From Candidatus Thermofontivivens primus (GTDB taxonomy: Bacteria > Sysuimicrobiota > Sysuimicrobiia > Sysuimicrobiales > Thermofontiviventaceae), in NCBI GenBank assembly GCA_031458695.1, contig JAVKJW010000019.1:1-43914 (forward strand): a stretch of DNA of 43,914 nt. Direction: 5' to 3'. The position numbers and the translations under genes were made by a program. The notes under the pieces are model-generated. The model saw only the letters and a list, made by a program, of their open reading frames with translations. It had not been told where the DNA came from and searched no databases. Shown in pieces: positions 42,480-43,914 of this stretch (positions within the stretch are counted from its first letter, which is position 1; every line of letters begins with the position of its first letter).

Positions 42480-42958
42480 GGAAGCACGTCATCGCCGCAG
42501 AGAACTTCCTCCTCGGTGCCACCAACTTCGTGGTGGTAACACTCCCCGAGGGGTGGAAGCTCCTTCGGGGAATCTCCCCTCCTGAAGTGGACAGCAACCG
42601 CCTGTTTGGAGAGGTCCAGTGGGTGACGAGCGGGAGGAGCCCACATCTCCTTGTCCAACCGGAGCGAAGGAGTGGGGCCGAGTTGCACGTTCTCGTCAAC
42701 CGGGGGAGGAGGATGCTCGACAAGCTCAAGGCCTCCCCTGGGGCGCGCCCCTTCTTCCTCCACTCCGGCCATGAGGCGTTCCTCCTCCACCATCAAGTCA
42801 GGCGCGGCCTGTGGCGGGGGTATTTAGAAAAGGGAGTTCGCCTTTCCCTCTTCTGTGATCGTACAGACAGGACCATCACCTTAGAGATCACAGGCCGTAT
42901 CGGGGAAACTGAAATCCAGGAACTCCTAGAAGCTCTCCAGGGAGTAGAGTGCCACTAG
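42476..42958 (+). CDS. Hypothetical protein, last gene of the cstA-ArsA operon
   Basis: GTGA overlap with the second ATPase stop. 160 aa, ending ...CDRTDRT...VECH. Confidence 0.7.
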   Translation: MRKHVIAAENFLLGATNFVVVTLPEGWKLLRGISPPEVDSNRLFGEVQWVTSGRSPHLLVQPERRSGAELHVLVNRGRRMLDKLKASPGARPFFLHSGHEAFLLHHQVRRGLWRGYLEKGVRLSLFCDRTDRTITLEITGRIGETEIQELLEALQGVECH

Positions 42959-43043
42959 GCAGTGATGAGGGATTGGTCACGAGTGACGAAGAACTGATCA
43001 CTGGTCCGTGGGGGCCATGCGAAATCGCGATCACGCTCAACCT

Positions 43044-43568
43044 TTATCCTCCTCTCCTCCCGCGGAGGCGGGCATCCGTGAGGTCCCGCAGGCCATCCCC
43101 CAGGAAGTTGAACCCCATCACCACACTGAAGATGGCCAGCCCTGGAAATGTCCCGATCCACCACTCAAAGAACTTCAGCCTCCCTGCAGCGACCATGCTT
43201 TCCCACTCCGGCGTCGGGGGTACTGCACCGAGCCCTACGAAGGAAAGGGCGGCTGCAATGAGGATGGCGTTCCCAACATCTAGGCTAGCCTTGACCAGGA
43301 GCACCGGATAGGTGTTGGGGACCACGTGGCGCCAGAGGATACGCCGCTCAGGAACGCCAACCGCACGCGCGGCGAGGACGTATTCCATCTCCCGGATAGT
43401 GAGGATCTGCCCGCGAATGAGCCGAGCGTATTCTGGCCACAATACAAGGACGATGGCAAGCCCGATGATCGCGGCCGTGCTCCGCCCCAACTCCCGCACC
43501 AGGGCAATAAACCCAGACCGCTTCGGGCTGACCTGCTAGGTTCCCAGCTCGGCGACTCCAAAGGCCAT
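43044..43568 (-). pseudogene. DppC/OppC-type peptide ABC permease pseudogene
   Basis: ATG 43568 is followed by an in-frame TAG at codon 11 (43536-43538). The central GTD..GRD region is missing, so TM1 joins directly to WPEYAR...EYVLAARAVG...FNFLGDGLRD. Confidence 0.8.
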
Positions 43569-43584
43569 GGCCTGATTCCCCTCT

Positions 43585-43914
43585 TCAATCGAGACGGATC
43601 CGCGGGTCCAGGAGAGCATAGGAAAGGTCGACGAAGAAATTGATCACCACGTAGGCAAAGGGCACCAACAGGGTAACTCCCATAATGGCGGGATAGTCGA
43701 GCTTGCTCGCTGCGTCCACAGCGTACCGGCCGATGCCGGGCCAAGCGAAGATCGTCTCTGTCATGACGGCCCTGCCATCAGGTTCCCGGAGGCCAGCCCG
43801 ATGATGGTGACCGTAGGAATGAACGCATTGCGGAGGGCGTGGCGCAACAACACCACGTGCTCCGCAAGTCCTTTTGCCCGTGCCGTTCGGATATAATCCT
43901 GAGCCAGCACTTCC
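43585..43914 (-). pseudogene. DppB/OppB-type peptide ABC permease 3' part with a frameshift; runs off the window
   Basis: [12 protein letters not shown]...HALRNA in one frame and [14 protein letters not shown]...DPRIR in another. One base is missing near 43770. Confidence 0.78.

Noticed and set aside
43536..43538. In-frame TAG in dppC as possible pyrrolysine or stop read-through
   Set aside because: The same gene has a large deletion and its neighbour is frameshifted. No pyl genes are visible, so decay is the simpler explanation.

Overview
GC-rich (about 60% by eye) bacterial chromosomal window, densely coding, with about 45 genes and no rRNA, tRNA, CRISPR, transposase or phage structural genes. 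The gene set (scpAB, dac, trpS, lysA, cmk-plsC, ECF S-component, tungsten-type AOR) suggests a Terrabacteria-type, possibly thermophilic organism (inference only). In order: a metal/envelope-stress block (mgtA-like P-type ATPase, ECF sigma/anti-sigma/RseB-like triad, mntH, CmtR-like ArsR repressor, merA); PurM-superfamily enzyme with an ECF S-component, AsnC domain and YjbQ; an amino-sugar oxidoreductase/aminotransferase pair; an aor-moaD-XRE-ferredoxin-SRPBCC block; the housekeeping run lysA-M50 protease-trpS-scpAB-dac; pspC-like and DUF72-SWIM genes; an OsmC-family gene with an in-frame TGA; a LacI-controlled catabolic operon with a TAXI-TRAP transporter; methyltransferase-ABC ATPase-cmk-plsC; a DAG-kinase-family gene; a CstA/small protein/twin ArsA-GET3 operon; and decayed dppBC remnants. 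Main observations: (1) a probable OsmC selenoprotein, with UGA at the peroxidatic Cys position and a SECIS-like hairpin, which the ORF track splits in two; (2) a five-gene CstA plus asymmetric ArsA/GET3 pair in which the second ATPase naturally carries the switch-I D-to-N change; (3) a shared palindromic operator that links the ArsR repressor to a stand-alone merA; (4) an unassigned catabolic pathway; (5) a dispersed family of palindromic intergenic repeats plus GTAG-type REPs. All family assignments come from motif recognition by eye, not from database searches.
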